Below are positions 1-9,739 of a stretch of DNA of 64,000 bases, piece after piece. Position 1 is the first letter of the stretch, and every line of letters starts with the position of its first letter. The stretch is from sequence record PQ451753.1, one strand, 5' to 3'. A program made the translations under genes and the position numbers. The notes below the pieces were generated by a model. That model ran no database searches. It was not told where the DNA came from and worked only from the letters and a program-made list of their open reading frames with translations.

Positions 1-18
1 CTTTGGAGGACAAGTCTT

Positions 19-1566
19 ATGCCAAGTTACTTTTTCGAAATACCTGACGTCGGGAGCACTATCCAAAAAGCGGTCACCGATAACGTCACTAAGAATGTTC
101 TTGCTAACATGGGTGTGCCAGAAGCCGACGTTATATACGAAGGTGCTGAGTATGCTGAGCAGTCCCAATCAGGTTCAACTGTTGGCGAGAAAAGAAAACA
201 ATCCTACGGTAGCTCTGACCGCATTGTAATATCCGTAGAAGAACAACGCGACCCGTTATCACGTATTGAACGTATGCCGGGCTATAACCTAGAGGTACCA
301 TTCTTCCATGACGTTAATCATGGAGTTAAGCTATCGCCATCTATGGTGAAGTATGACGTAAACATCACTGTACGTCGTCGTGCGCCATCTAAAGCGATTA
401 TCCAGAGTTGGTGTAATGAGATTCAGCGTAAGACCGATATGGGTCGTGATATGTTTGTCACACATGCTGACTTCTATTACCACATTCCAAACCCTGCATT
501 GAATCTGTTAAAGTCTTGTTACGAGACTCAGTACTGGGATGAACCTAAACCGCCTGTAACGCTACAAGGATACTTTAAGAAGTTCTTTACTAATAACGTA
601 ACTGTAACAAACGCATTAGGCGGTCAAGGCTCACGCTTTGCAGTCCGTGTGTCTGAGCAGCGCATTATTGGTATCTTCGATACAGAGGGTCCTAAAGAGC
701 GTAAGGGTGACAAGTTTACTGCATGGGAATGTGAGTTTACCTTTAAGTTCAATTACCATCGTCCTGAAGCTGTAGAAGCGGTATTCCCAATCATCTTAAA
801 CAACACCCTCATTGAACGAGAGTGGTGGTTAGATAACCTAGCGCCGGGTTTAGTGGATATTGAAGATGCAGGAATGGGTTCGTTTGTATCGGCAGGTGAA
901 CACATTGTAGCGCCGCCGTATCTACGTCTGCCTGTGTACATTCCAGAGTGTGATAAGCCGAATCTTAAAATCCCATCTGGCAATACAGGGGATGTTGAAA
1001 TCGGAGTTATTCATCTGGAGATGATGCCAAGTGATGATACGCCAAACTTACTCTTTAACCTAGGTGAATTAGGTAATGAGGTTACGTTGAGTGATTCGTT
1101 ACTTGAATACATCCGCGAGAGTTATAGTGAAGACCCTAACGGTGGTAACAGCATCATTAAGATTTATGTCTTTGAAAATGACCATGTGATTAAACCAGAG
1201 AAGATAGCAATCGATAGTGATTTGAATATCTACTATAACGGTGTGATTATCGTTAACCGAATCTACCGTGTTATCATCGTAATGGAATTAGACTGGTCTA
1301 TCATTACCGATGCAGGTTTTGATCACTTACGTCAATATCCAGACTTGGTAGAGACGATTAACAAAGAGTTTAGACCTCTAGTTAATGAGCAATACCCAAT
1401 CGATAAAGAACGTGACACTATCCCACCTGCCCACCTAGATAAAATCGTTAAGGAAATGGGTCAGTATGACGAACTAGCACACGGTCATTACGGAGTCGCG
1501 CCGAGACTACGTGGTATGATTACAGTGCACAATAACAGCATCATCGCTTACAGGAGAGCATTATGA
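19..1566 (+). CDS. Virion structural protein (position of phiKZ gp98-like neck/head-tail genes)
   Basis: 515-aa ORF with GGAGG RBS, first of an overlapping operon ending in a baseplate-hub-like gene; synteny upstream of DnaB/capsid recalled from phiKZ-like phages. Confidence 0.45.
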   Translation: MPSYFFEIPDVGSTIQKAVTDNVTKNVLANMGVPEADVIYEGAEYAEQSQSGSTVGEKRKQSYGSSDRIVISVEEQRDPLSRIERMPGYNLEVPFFHDVNHGVKLSPSMVKYDVNITVRRRAPSKAIIQSWCNEIQRKTDMGRDMFVTHADFYYHIPNPALNLLKSCYETQYWDEPKPPVTLQGYFKKFFTNNVTVTNALGGQGSRFAVRVSEQRIIGIFDTEGPKERKGDKFTAWECEFTFKFNYHRPEAVEAVFPIILNNTLIEREWWLDNLAPGLVDIEDAGMGSFVSAGEHIVAPPYLRLPVYIPECDKPNLKIPSGNTGDVEIGVIHLEMMPSDDTPNLLFNLGELGNEVTLSDSLLEYIRESYSEDPNGGNSIIKIYVFENDHVIKPEKIAIDSDLNIYYNGVIIVNRIYRVIIVMELDWSIITDAGFDHLRQYPDLVETINKEFRPLVNEQYPIDKERDTIPPAHLDKIVKEMGQYDELAHGHYGVAPRLRGMITVHNNSIIAYRRAL

Positions 1567-2966
1567 GTATCGGTGGTAAAAAACGTAAGGTGGCTGAATC
1601 GGTAGCAGAAACAATCAATGAAGGTTGGAAGCAGAATCCGCATAACCCACTTAATACCGATGGTGTGGTTGAGAACGCCCCTGTGGTCACCAAAGTGCAA
1701 GAACGCCGTAGTGTGGTAGATAGTGAGTATACACCTATCACGCACCTTATCTTGCATTCTAGCGGCGATATGTGGACAGTCGACTACTATCGTCAGTTGA
1801 TTGGTTTAGATGACATGCTCCGCCCATTGTCATTTGATGTCGATGTGGCAGAACAGAACTACGAACTCATCAAAGGGTTTAAGTTACGTGTTGATGATCC
1901 ATTAAGTACCGAGCAAGATACTGAGACGAAAGAATTCACAGTTACAGGTTCAGGTGCAATCACTCATGGCGTCGTTCCAAACACAGGCGATATGTTCGTT
2001 GCCGATATCGGTAATGGGAAGTCTGGTCTATTGTCAATTACTAGCTCAGAGAAAGCAAGTTATACGAAAGACGCAGCTTACATAGTCCGTTGGGTGTTAG
2101 TGAGTGAAATGGATGACGAGAAGTGGGCGAATGAATTAGCACGCAAAGTCTCCAAGACGCTCCACTATGTAGATGAGTTAGCGGAGATGTACGACACTCC
2201 GTTTATGACAGAGTCTGCATTTAACACATACGTAAGTCTAGCGCGTCAGGATGAGCGTTTGATTGAATACTTTAAAGATCTCTTTTGGTCTAAAGAAGTA
2301 CACTCAATTCGAATGGCTGAACAGGACGATAAGATTTACGATGGCTTCCATGCACATTTCTGTCGTGACTTAGGGCTGACTGATGTACGCCGTCCAATCA
2401 AAACGTATGGACTTGGTCGATTAGATGAAGAAGACATTAGTACGTTGTGGGATTTGTTCGATGAGATGGATACCTACCGCATGCCGATGTTACATCGTGA
2501 CTTTGTACTTAACATGACTAAGTCAATGCCGGGCGTTCACGTAATGCGTACCATCGCATGGTCACCGTTTACATGGGCGTTAGTTCCAGAAGGCGTGATT
2601 GATGATATCGATGGTGATATAGAATTCAGAGATGGGTTACTACAACCAGAAGTAGTCTCTAACGGTAAAGGGCCTACAATGCTCCCTGAGGCATTAAGAA
2701 AGCGCTTTAACCTTGCAGATAAACCATTGTACAATTTAGTAACGTTCAAGCCGTATGTGCTTTCTACAGCGTTTTACGATGGTAACCGTTCAGAGATGAA
2801 TATCTTAGAACAGATGTTACATCGTGCTTTATGTAATGAAACAGTACCGCCAGAAGTGGTGGATGTGTTAACACGTGAGCTGTTTACGGAACCGAGGTTG
2901 TCCATTTATTATTACACACCTTTAATTCTTGTGTTAATCCATTACTGTAAACGTGGAGGCGTTTAA
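1563..2966 (+). CDS. Virion structural protein (phiKZ gp99-like, probable neck/connector)
   Basis: 467 aa; VDYYRQL and GVVPNTGDMFVADIGNG beta-barrel-type motifs typical of this jumbo-phage family; ATGA overlap with upstream gene. Confidence 0.5.
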   Translation: MSIGGKKRKVAESVAETINEGWKQNPHNPLNTDGVVENAPVVTKVQERRSVVDSEYTPITHLILHSSGDMWTVDYYRQLIGLDDMLRPLSFDVDVAEQNYELIKGFKLRVDDPLSTEQDTETKEFTVTGSGAITHGVVPNTGDMFVADIGNGKSGLLSITSSEKASYTKDAAYIVRWVLVSEMDDEKWANELARKVSKTLHYVDELAEMYDTPFMTESAFNTYVSLARQDERLIEYFKDLFWSKEVHSIRMAEQDDKIYDGFHAHFCRDLGLTDVRRPIKTYGLGRLDEEDISTLWDLFDEMDTYRMPMLHRDFVLNMTKSMPGVHVMRTIAWSPFTWALVPEGVIDDIDGDIEFRDGLLQPEVVSNGKGPTMLPEALRKRFNLADKPLYNLVTFKPYVLSTAFYDGNRSEMNILEQMLHRALCNETVPPEVVDVLTRELFTEPRLSIYYYTPLILVLIHYCKRGGV

Positions 2967-3553
2967 TGTCGAAAGTTAAATACGTTCCTAAGTTAAAAGA
3001 CCAATCACCTGCATACAAGTTGTTCCACTGGCCTTACATGTGGATGTATGCAGAGAACGAAGACTTCGATGAAAACGATACGGAGTTCTTTGGTCGAATG
3101 ACTACAGGGAATCAGGAGATTGATATAGCGTTAGCAACGGTTAACAGCGAGCGTTATATCACTACTGCTAAAGCGGCGGAATTGGCAGGGCGTGGTGTAG
3201 CCATGTATTTAAACAACCCTAAAGATTCCATTGCAATTTACAATCTGATTTGTGAACACTTACATAAGTGGCATGAACACTTAAGTCGTCCGGGTTCGTT
3301 CGGTCGATTCCGTGACGTTCCTCTAGAGGGATTGAAAGAGTTCAACTCGTTAGCACGTAACTTAGCGGTCGTTGGTCGTCGACATGGTCTAGTTGAAAAG
3401 ATGGACCCGTATGAAGAGAACCGACGTCGCCGTGCTATCACTTTGGGATATGTACCAGTACTTGACTTAAAGAGTATGGTTCACTCTGACCAAGTGTATA
3501 ACGAGATAGCTGCAATGTGTCGTCGCAATCGTAAAGAGAAGAGTACACGATAA
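2966..3553 (+). CDS. Conserved jumbo-phage hypothetical protein
   Basis: 195-aa ORF translationally coupled within structural operon. Confidence 0.55.
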   Translation: MSKVKYVPKLKDQSPAYKLFHWPYMWMYAENEDFDENDTEFFGRMTTGNQEIDIALATVNSERYITTAKAAELAGRGVAMYLNNPKDSIAIYNLICEHLHKWHEHLSRPGSFGRFRDVPLEGLKEFNSLARNLAVVGRRHGLVEKMDPYEENRRRRAITLGYVPVLDLKSMVHSDQVYNEIAAMCRRNRKEKSTR

Positions 3554-4872
3554 TGGCTATTGATGGATTTGATCTGGTGTTAAGGCAGCAGATAGAAGAA
3601 TGTACGGGTCTACCTCAGACCCGCTTTGATGTTGAGATTAGTATCGGGTCATATGTCATCAACCCAATGGCTGTGGTCGCATTTACTCAACGTCAGGCAT
3701 ACATGGAGAATATGTTCGAAGAATGTATGTTAAGTGTTGCCATGCAGCCCTCAGAGTATTCTGAGGGTGTGTTAGTGGGTCATGAAGATATTACAGTCAA
3801 GTTGATTGAACGTCCTTATGATGGCGGTAAGCCACACGTTAAGATGTACCGTGGTATTTTAGTTGGCGTGAAAGATGAACAGATGGAAGCTAACCGAGCT
3901 GACATTACAGAGACAGGATTGCAAGATGCGATGTCTATCTCTATCATTACATTCCAGTTAATCTCAGAAGCGGCATATGACTTACGCCTACGTGAGGTGG
4001 CGGGTGGTCAAACTATCTTCGCTAATGCCGCATCGCATGACGTATTGAGATACTTCTTAGTGAAGACTCGTTTGTATGATCGTTACAGCAACAAAGAGAG
4101 CGTTGCATCGATTAACATAGACGAGTTAAAGTCAGACCGTGTATTCCGTGAAATTAAACTACCAGAGGGAACACCGTATCTGGCAATTCCAGATTACTTG
4201 CAAGATAACTACGGCATCTTCCCACAAGGCATGGGTTGCTTCTTAAAGAACCAATCTTGGTATGTCTTTGCACCATACGGACTATCTAAGTCTGCGATGG
4301 ATGTTAGACGTCTTGTGTTGTTTAATGCACCGTCAGCGCGTAACCGTTCCCTTGAAAGAAACTTTAAGGTAGATGGTAAAACAATCACGGTAATTGCAAC
4401 GGGTATGTCTAGACACAATAAGACATCCGACTCTGATGCACTAAATGGTGGTACTGGTGTGCGTTACGCATCGCTGAGTTCAATTGATGGAGCAGTATCT
4501 ACCGCAGACCCATCAGAAGACCCACTGAGAACGCCTCAGGACTACATGACGGAGTATCGCTCCAGTAACTATGCAAGTCCTTATAATAAAACAACAACCG
4601 CCAAGGAGCGCTTTACAGACAACCCGTTAAAGGCAGCGTCTGAATTAGCGGCACGTGGTGGGGAAGTAATGACGGTCACATGGGAGAACGGTATCCTCGA
4701 TCCGTTGATTCCCGGAATGCCTGTCAAGTTCTATTATGGTAAAGCTGGTAAAGTTGAGATGCGTGAGGGGACATTAATCAGTGCAGAGAGATTTTCAACC
4801 ATCCCTCTGTCGGGTATTATTGAACCAAGACATCAGTCGATGGTGCAGTTAACTATCTGGTTAAAACGTTAA
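3553..4872 (+). CDS. Baseplate hub-like virion protein (phiKZ gp101-like)
   Basis: 439 aa; IPDYLQDNYGIF/GMGCF motif and C-terminal WENG..PLIPGMPVKF beta-barrel resembling hub proteins; synteny. Confidence 0.5.
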   Translation: MAIDGFDLVLRQQIEECTGLPQTRFDVEISIGSYVINPMAVVAFTQRQAYMENMFEECMLSVAMQPSEYSEGVLVGHEDITVKLIERPYDGGKPHVKMYRGILVGVKDEQMEANRADITETGLQDAMSISIITFQLISEAAYDLRLREVAGGQTIFANAASHDVLRYFLVKTRLYDRYSNKESVASINIDELKSDRVFREIKLPEGTPYLAIPDYLQDNYGIFPQGMGCFLKNQSWYVFAPYGLSKSAMDVRRLVLFNAPSARNRSLERNFKVDGKTITVIATGMSRHNKTSDSDALNGGTGVRYASLSSIDGAVSTADPSEDPLRTPQDYMTEYRSSNYASPYNKTTTAKERFTDNPLKAASELAARGGEVMTVTWENGILDPLIPGMPVKFYYGKAGKVEMREGTLISAERFSTIPLSGIIEPRHQSMVQLTIWLKR

Positions 4873-4932
4873 TGGTATTTTTTCAGTAGTTGGTATATGG
4901 TCTGAACGAATAGAACCAACAAGGGTATTGAA

Positions 4933-5763
4933 ATGGCTAAGAAAAAGCAATCGGTCGTACTAACAGAACTTGATTTAAACATGTTCAGTGAGCAGCTACG
5001 TGATAGCATCAATATGTACTTACCAGAAGAGTCACAACTGACTGGTAAAGAAATCATTGCAGTTGGTCCGGGTCAGAAACTGTTAGAAGTACGTACTCCA
5101 AATCCTGAATTGGGTGAGGCTGGCGTATACAACCCTGAGCTTATCGATGAGTTCCAGCATGACTACATCAAGCTTACTGATAAAGACCAGATTAAGCACG
5201 TGTGCGGTTACATCACATTCGCTAAGATTCTTCGTAGTGCATTGTCTACATTTAGTTGGCAGTTCATTGAATGGGTATTGGTTAACTACGGCCCTGCGTT
5301 TAACGAAGGTGAGTTACAACTAGGTGAAGAGCTAACTGAAGACTTCGTCTTAGATAACTCAGGTAAGGAAGGCGTTATTGGTCTACGTCGTGAATTCTTA
5401 ACTCGTTGGGTTGAGAAAGGCATCGTCTGTAAAGGTGATGTAGCAATTCGCGATGAACTGCGACCAACTGATGAAGAAGATAAGAAACGTACTAAGCTTC
5501 CAATTAACTACCCGATGTTAATTGTAGGTCAGGTGATCTTCTTTAACCAGACAGTTCCTACTCCGTACATGACGATTGGTCGTGCACATCAGGACGATGA
5601 GTTGGCTCCTGTATCTGTTGGTGCAATCATCTATGAAAGCTTAGGTCTTGCAGAAGTAGAGCAACGTGGTCCTGAAGCAACGTTTACCTACGGCGGTAAG
5701 CACTACCATGCTGACCCACTAGGCGTGCGTGAATTGGAACACGTCAGTACAAAACACCATTAA
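4933..5763 (+). CDS. Hypothetical protein
   Basis: 276-aa ORF, RBS AAGGG, host-like codon use. Confidence 0.6.
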   Translation: MAKKKQSVVLTELDLNMFSEQLRDSINMYLPEESQLTGKEIIAVGPGQKLLEVRTPNPELGEAGVYNPELIDEFQHDYIKLTDKDQIKHVCGYITFAKILRSALSTFSWQFIEWVLVNYGPAFNEGELQLGEELTEDFVLDNSGKEGVIGLRREFLTRWVEKGIVCKGDVAIRDELRPTDEEDKKRTKLPINYPMLIVGQVIFFNQTVPTPYMTIGRAHQDDELAPVSVGAIIYESLGLAEVEQRGPEATFTYGGKHYHADPLGVRELEHVSTKHH

Positions 5764-5884
5764 TTATTAATCAAAGTCACTATATTATGTAGAGGATGTT
5801 CTACGATTGACGTGACTTGGAATTCTCTTAGGTTTGCCACACTTAAGAGAATCTTCCTTTTATTATCTTAATAGATGTAAATAG

Positions 5885-5918
5885 CAGTATGGGGGAAATC
5901 CCCATACTGTTCTTTTTT
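5885..5918 (+). terminator. Intrinsic terminator
   Basis: CAGTATGGGG/CCCCATACTG 10-bp stem followed by T tract. Confidence 0.85.
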
Positions 5919-5956
5919 GTGTCTGTACGTTTTGTGTACAGTAAAAAATTTTACAG

Positions 5957-5967
5957 ATATATATCAT
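5957..5967 (+). promoter_or_regulatory. Phage early promoter core ATATATATCAT (copy 1 of 8)
   Basis: Exact 11-mer recurs at 8 intergenic sites upstream of + strand genes; resembles phiKZ early TATATTAC motif. Confidence 0.75.
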
Positions 5968-6007
5968 GTAAGTGGAATTCCAATCAAAACTTTATATGGA
6001 GCTAATA

Positions 6008-6466
6008 ATGAAAGACGAAGTGGTTAAAAGAACTTATCCCGAACGTGAACTGACAGTCTCTGATATGGTACGTATTATGTCTGTACTGCAATCTTCAGAA
6101 CTAACCCTACCTGCAATGCTAACAATGACTATTGTTAACGAGAACGCCTCAGCGCGCTTCCCTATGGTGTATGCGGGTGAGATTGAATGTGTCTACTGTT
6201 CAATCGCTGCAAACAAAGAACATGTGTTAAACACGGTAATCTCAGCATTACCCGAAGATGTTAATACGTGGTCGTACTCGGCAATCTCACGTCACTTGCG
6301 TATCCTTGCTAAGAAAGGTTTCCTTAACCGTCAGCGTGACGGTCGATACGTAGGTTACGGTATGAACGATAAAGGTGTTGAACTGTTAGTTAAATTGTTC
6401 GGCCCTCAAATGGAACTAAGTCCAAAGAAAAAGAAATCAGCAAAATCTAAGAAAGAGGAGAAATAA
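6008..6466 (+). CDS. ArsR/SmtB-like winged-helix DNA-binding protein
   Basis: SYSAISRHLRILAKKGFLNRQRDGRYVGY matches ArsR recognition helix plus wing; start at ATG after GGAG RBS; Lys-rich tail. Confidence 0.7.
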   Translation: MKDEVVKRTYPERELTVSDMVRIMSVLQSSELTLPAMLTMTIVNENASARFPMVYAGEIECVYCSIAANKEHVLNTVISALPEDVNTWSYSAISRHLRILAKKGFLNRQRDGRYVGYGMNDKGVELLVKLFGPQMELSPKKKKSAKSKKEEK

Positions 6467-6467
6467 G

Positions 6468-6908
6468 ATGCTATATTCAGTTAAAGGTGATACTCTATCT
6501 AAAACTACAAACGGTGAAACATTCCACATGCCAGTTAACTTCCTAGCTAATCTGGCAGACACACAAGTTACTGGTGATTATGTTTTACTAGGTGGTGTGC
6601 CAATTGAGAATGTAACTTTAGTTAAATATGAAGAGCGTTGTGCAGAACAAGAAACTTACAACGCCTTTGCAAAGCAAGTTGCCGACAAGCAACGTGTGGT
6701 AAACGAACATGTAATTATCGAAGGTTGCAATGACCTAGACGCTTCTGTCTGTCAGTTGTTTGCAGACCAATGTGTAATCCTGCTAGCGCGTATGCGTGTG
6801 GTCTTAAATGACCGTCGTGCATCTGAATCGGTTAAGTCAGCGAAGATAGATGATTTATACATTGAACTTCGTAATGCAGCTAGTAATTGCAAAGCAATGA
6901 TCAAGTAA
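6468..6908 (+). CDS. Hypothetical early protein
   Basis: 146 aa, GAGGAG RBS. Confidence 0.6.
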   Translation: MLYSVKGDTLSKTTNGETFHMPVNFLANLADTQVTGDYVLLGGVPIENVTLVKYEERCAEQETYNAFAKQVADKQRVVNEHVIIEGCNDLDASVCQLFADQCVILLARMRVVLNDRRASESVKSAKIDDLYIELRNAASNCKAMIK

Positions 6909-6935
6909 TACCAATCTTTTTAATGGGAGCTAATA

Positions 6936-7490
6936 ATGAAATATGTACGCGGTTATGTGGAACGTCAACACGGTCCATTCTTGGCAAAGGAAAAGTTCGA
7001 AGGTTTCGCTAAAGAAGTATTTGAACATGAAGACCATTACATCATTCAAGGTGTACGTCTAGAGAAGAAGCAAGTGGAACATGTAGCTGAGGTATCAGTG
7101 AAAGAAGAGTCACTTGACATGCCAGTGATTATGGGTGTGGTTAAGCGTAAGCGCGGTCGTAAGGCTAAGCAGAAGGAAGTAGTGAAAGATGAATACGTAG
7201 AACGTTTCGATTTCATTATGGGGAAATGGTCGTTAGTGTTAGCAGAAGCATTAAAGGATGCAAAACGTTACAAGCGTATTGTATCTAATGAATTGCTTAC
7301 TAGACACGAAGATACATTGAATGACATCAAAGAGTCAATGCGATTTGCAGTAGTGGCAGAGAGTGATACACAGAAGTACATCTGTTGTGAACGTCTGTTC
7401 AGCTTATTCGTAAGTACAATCTACGATGTTGATAAGTCACCAACGGAAAAGCAACTGATTAAAGAGTTCTCTAAGACCTTCGGGTCTTAG
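6936..7490 (+). CDS. Hypothetical early protein
   Basis: 184 aa, GGGAG RBS, basic KRKRGRK patch. Confidence 0.6.
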   Translation: MKYVRGYVERQHGPFLAKEKFEGFAKEVFEHEDHYIIQGVRLEKKQVEHVAEVSVKEESLDMPVIMGVVKRKRGRKAKQKEVVKDEYVERFDFIMGKWSLVLAEALKDAKRYKRIVSNELLTRHEDTLNDIKESMRFAVVAESDTQKYICCERLFSLFVSTIYDVDKSPTEKQLIKEFSKTFGS

Positions 7491-7500
7491 TGGACATAGG

Positions 7501-7551
7501 GCATAAGCAGGTAGTGGATTTCTCCACTACCTGTATGCTTTCTTTTTTTTT
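7501..7551. terminator. Terminator between convergent genes
   Basis: CAGGTAGTGGA/TCCACTACCTG stem plus long T tract between 7490 (+) and dnaB (-) stops. Confidence 0.8.
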
Positions 7552-7556
7552 GTGTT

Positions 7557-9083
7557 TTACATGTCATCAAAGCCAAACAGATCGTCTGTTTCGCCTGCTA
7601 AGGCACCTGCGTTAACGGACTTAAGACTTAGGTCAACATCTAAATCATAGTCCCACGGAAGGATGCCTGTGTCGTTAAATGGCAATACACGGTAACGGTG
7701 TGCCATTGGTGTATCTACTAGAGTACGGTGTTTGCCACGTTGAACTTCCAAGAATGATTTCTCACCCATTTCAGTAATACCAAAGTAAAGCTCGCCATCT
7801 GCTTCATTATCCACTGTTGTACAACCATCGTAGAATCCTTTGCCCGGTAGGTTACGTACATACTTAGCAGGGTCAATAGCTTTAAGCTCTTTTGCTTTAG
7901 GTGATAACTGGTGTGGTGCAAGTACCGCACACTTACGTGGAGAAGTGATGTTACGAACAATACGGTAAAGCTCACGAATGTCAGAACCAGTTGCACCCGT
8001 ACCTAAGCCATTACGGTTAATTGTGCCAAGGTAGTCAGGTCGCAGAACAACAACATGGTAGCCTAACGATTCGTAGTAAGCAAAACGTTCACGTAACATA
8101 GCAGGAGTAAAGTCTGAGTTGATGTGTCGTTCAAACTTATATGTCCAACCACGTTCAGCAAGTTTCTGACAAACATATTTAGTTGCTGTCTTAGGATCGA
8201 TATCTTTAACGTTAGCAGGTTTCTTTTCGAAGTGGTCATGGATAGCTTTATATGCAATCGGCATGTTTACTTCTAGTTCGTTCTCAAACGACAAGTCAAG
8301 CATCAGAGGCTTCTTACCCTCAGGTACAAACATGTCAGGATCGTTGAACAAACCAAGACTTAAGAATGTCATTAATGAGAACAACGTTTTAGCATTGTGT
8401 GGAAGTGCAGGCATAAGCCATAGTTCACCCGGAACAATACCATCGTTCACACCCATCATGCGGTTGATACCTTTCCAACCAGTCTTAAGCGTAGCACCCG
8501 CTAATTGCTTCTTGGTGTTCTCAAAGATGTTCTCCATTTCATCTGGAGTGTCAGTACCAACAGATGCAACTAGTGTGGAACTTTTACCGTCAAGAGAGTT
8601 ACGTGTAACTCGCGCTAACTCGTCTGATAATTTGGCAGCAATGTCTTTAAGGTTTGCATCGCCATCGTGGTTGATACTATAGGAGGCTGTAGATATGAGC
8701 TTTCTTAGCTCTGAGCCGTTAATATAATGTTGCAAATGTGAGATGTTCGAAGAGATAGCATTCTTGATTTCATTATCATTTTCATACTTAACGTCGAACG
8801 CCTCTTTGACACTTTCGTAGAAATGTGTGTCTAGTGAGCAATACACGCGTATCTTTTGTAAGACAGTGTGATGGTCAAATTCTAGGTCGCCATTTGCCAA
8901 ATCAATAACAAGAGTCTTAACTCCAGTTATCGCAGCGTGGCCGTCCCCATCTGAAACGAAGTCAGGTGTGCGGATGTGTGTTGCTGTTTTCTTGATTAGG
9001 TTAGCGTAACTACCTTGCTCTCCAAGTTTCTTTTCAAGGAGTAACAAAGTAAGGCAGTTAACTAGTGCGATTTTCTCTTCCAT
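7557..9083 (-). CDS. dnaB: Replicative DnaB-like helicase (phiKZ gp118-like)
   Basis: KTGWKGIN, Walker A variant ALPHNAKT, SFEN catalytic Glu, Walker B DYLG, HQLS, RGKHR arginine finger; divergent from capsid operon as in phiKZ. Confidence 0.9.
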   Translation of the reverse strand: MEEKIALVNCLTLLLLEKKLGEQGSYANLIKKTATHIRTPDFVSDGDGHAAITGVKTLVIDLANGDLEFDHHTVLQKIRVYCSLDTHFYESVKEAFDVKYENDNEIKNAISSNISHLQHYINGSELRKLISTASYSINHDGDANLKDIAAKLSDELARVTRNSLDGKSSTLVASVGTDTPDEMENIFENTKKQLAGATLKTGWKGINRMMGVNDGIVPGELWLMPALPHNAKTLFSLMTFLSLGLFNDPDMFVPEGKKPLMLDLSFENELEVNMPIAYKAIHDHFEKKPANVKDIDPKTATKYVCQKLAERGWTYKFERHINSDFTPAMLRERFAYYESLGYHVVVLRPDYLGTINRNGLGTGATGSDIRELYRIVRNITSPRKCAVLAPHQLSPKAKELKAIDPAKYVRNLPGKGFYDGCTTVDNEADGELYFGITEMGEKSFLEVQRGKHRTLVDTPMAHRYRVLPFNDTGILPWDYDLDVDLSLKSVNAGALAGETDDLFGFDDM

Positions 9084-9112
9084 TATCTCAACCTATTTAG
9101 GGAATGCTTTAT

Positions 9113-9676
9113 ATGTCTAAATTACTATTCGTTCCAGCATGGCTTGCAGAGGACTTATCTGAAAGTGGCCAATCGCTAGAAACGTTAAAGGATGGGTTTA
9201 ATTCTGCTATAGTATCGAACATTGACGTAATTAATTATCATAAATCCCAATGGCAATTTTTTAAATTACTGGCTGGTAAAGAATATTCTGCGGATTGCAT
9301 GTATTCTATGTACCAGAATGTGTTCATGCATCAACTTCCAGATATGCCGGAAATTGAACTGTTTCTAAAACAGGACGATTCAAAGGCTATTATCTGGGAT
9401 GATATGGCAGCAGGTTCTGGCACACAGGACCGTTTACGTTTCCGAATCAAGCCAAGCCTTGACGGTACAGTGATCTATATTATAGGGGAAAATGTAGATC
9501 AAGGTCACCCATGCGAAACAGTGTGCGCAGAACCGTACGCAATTGTTTGTAGCATACTAAAGGAACAACACAACGGTGTTCGCATCGAAGGCAGAGGTCT
9601 AGATAAATCCGCTGTGTTTCGTGAGTCCCCATTCCTCGCCCAATTGTATGTAAATTTAAACAAGTCATTTTGTTGA
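9113..9676 (+). CDS. Conserved protein between helicase and capsid (phiKZ gp119-like position)
   Basis: ~187 aa, AGGGA RBS; synteny. Confidence 0.55.
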   Translation: MSKLLFVPAWLAEDLSESGQSLETLKDGFNSAIVSNIDVINYHKSQWQFFKLLAGKEYSADCMYSMYQNVFMHQLPDMPEIELFLKQDDSKAIIWDDMAAGSGTQDRLRFRIKPSLDGTVIYIIGENVDQGHPCETVCAEPYAIVCSILKEQHNGVRIEGRGLDKSAVFRESPFLAQLYVNLNKSFC

Positions 9677-9739
9677 GGCGTCGCTAGCAACGCTTAAACA
9701 TGTACACAAATACTTAATTAAGTAGAAAGGAAGACCGTA

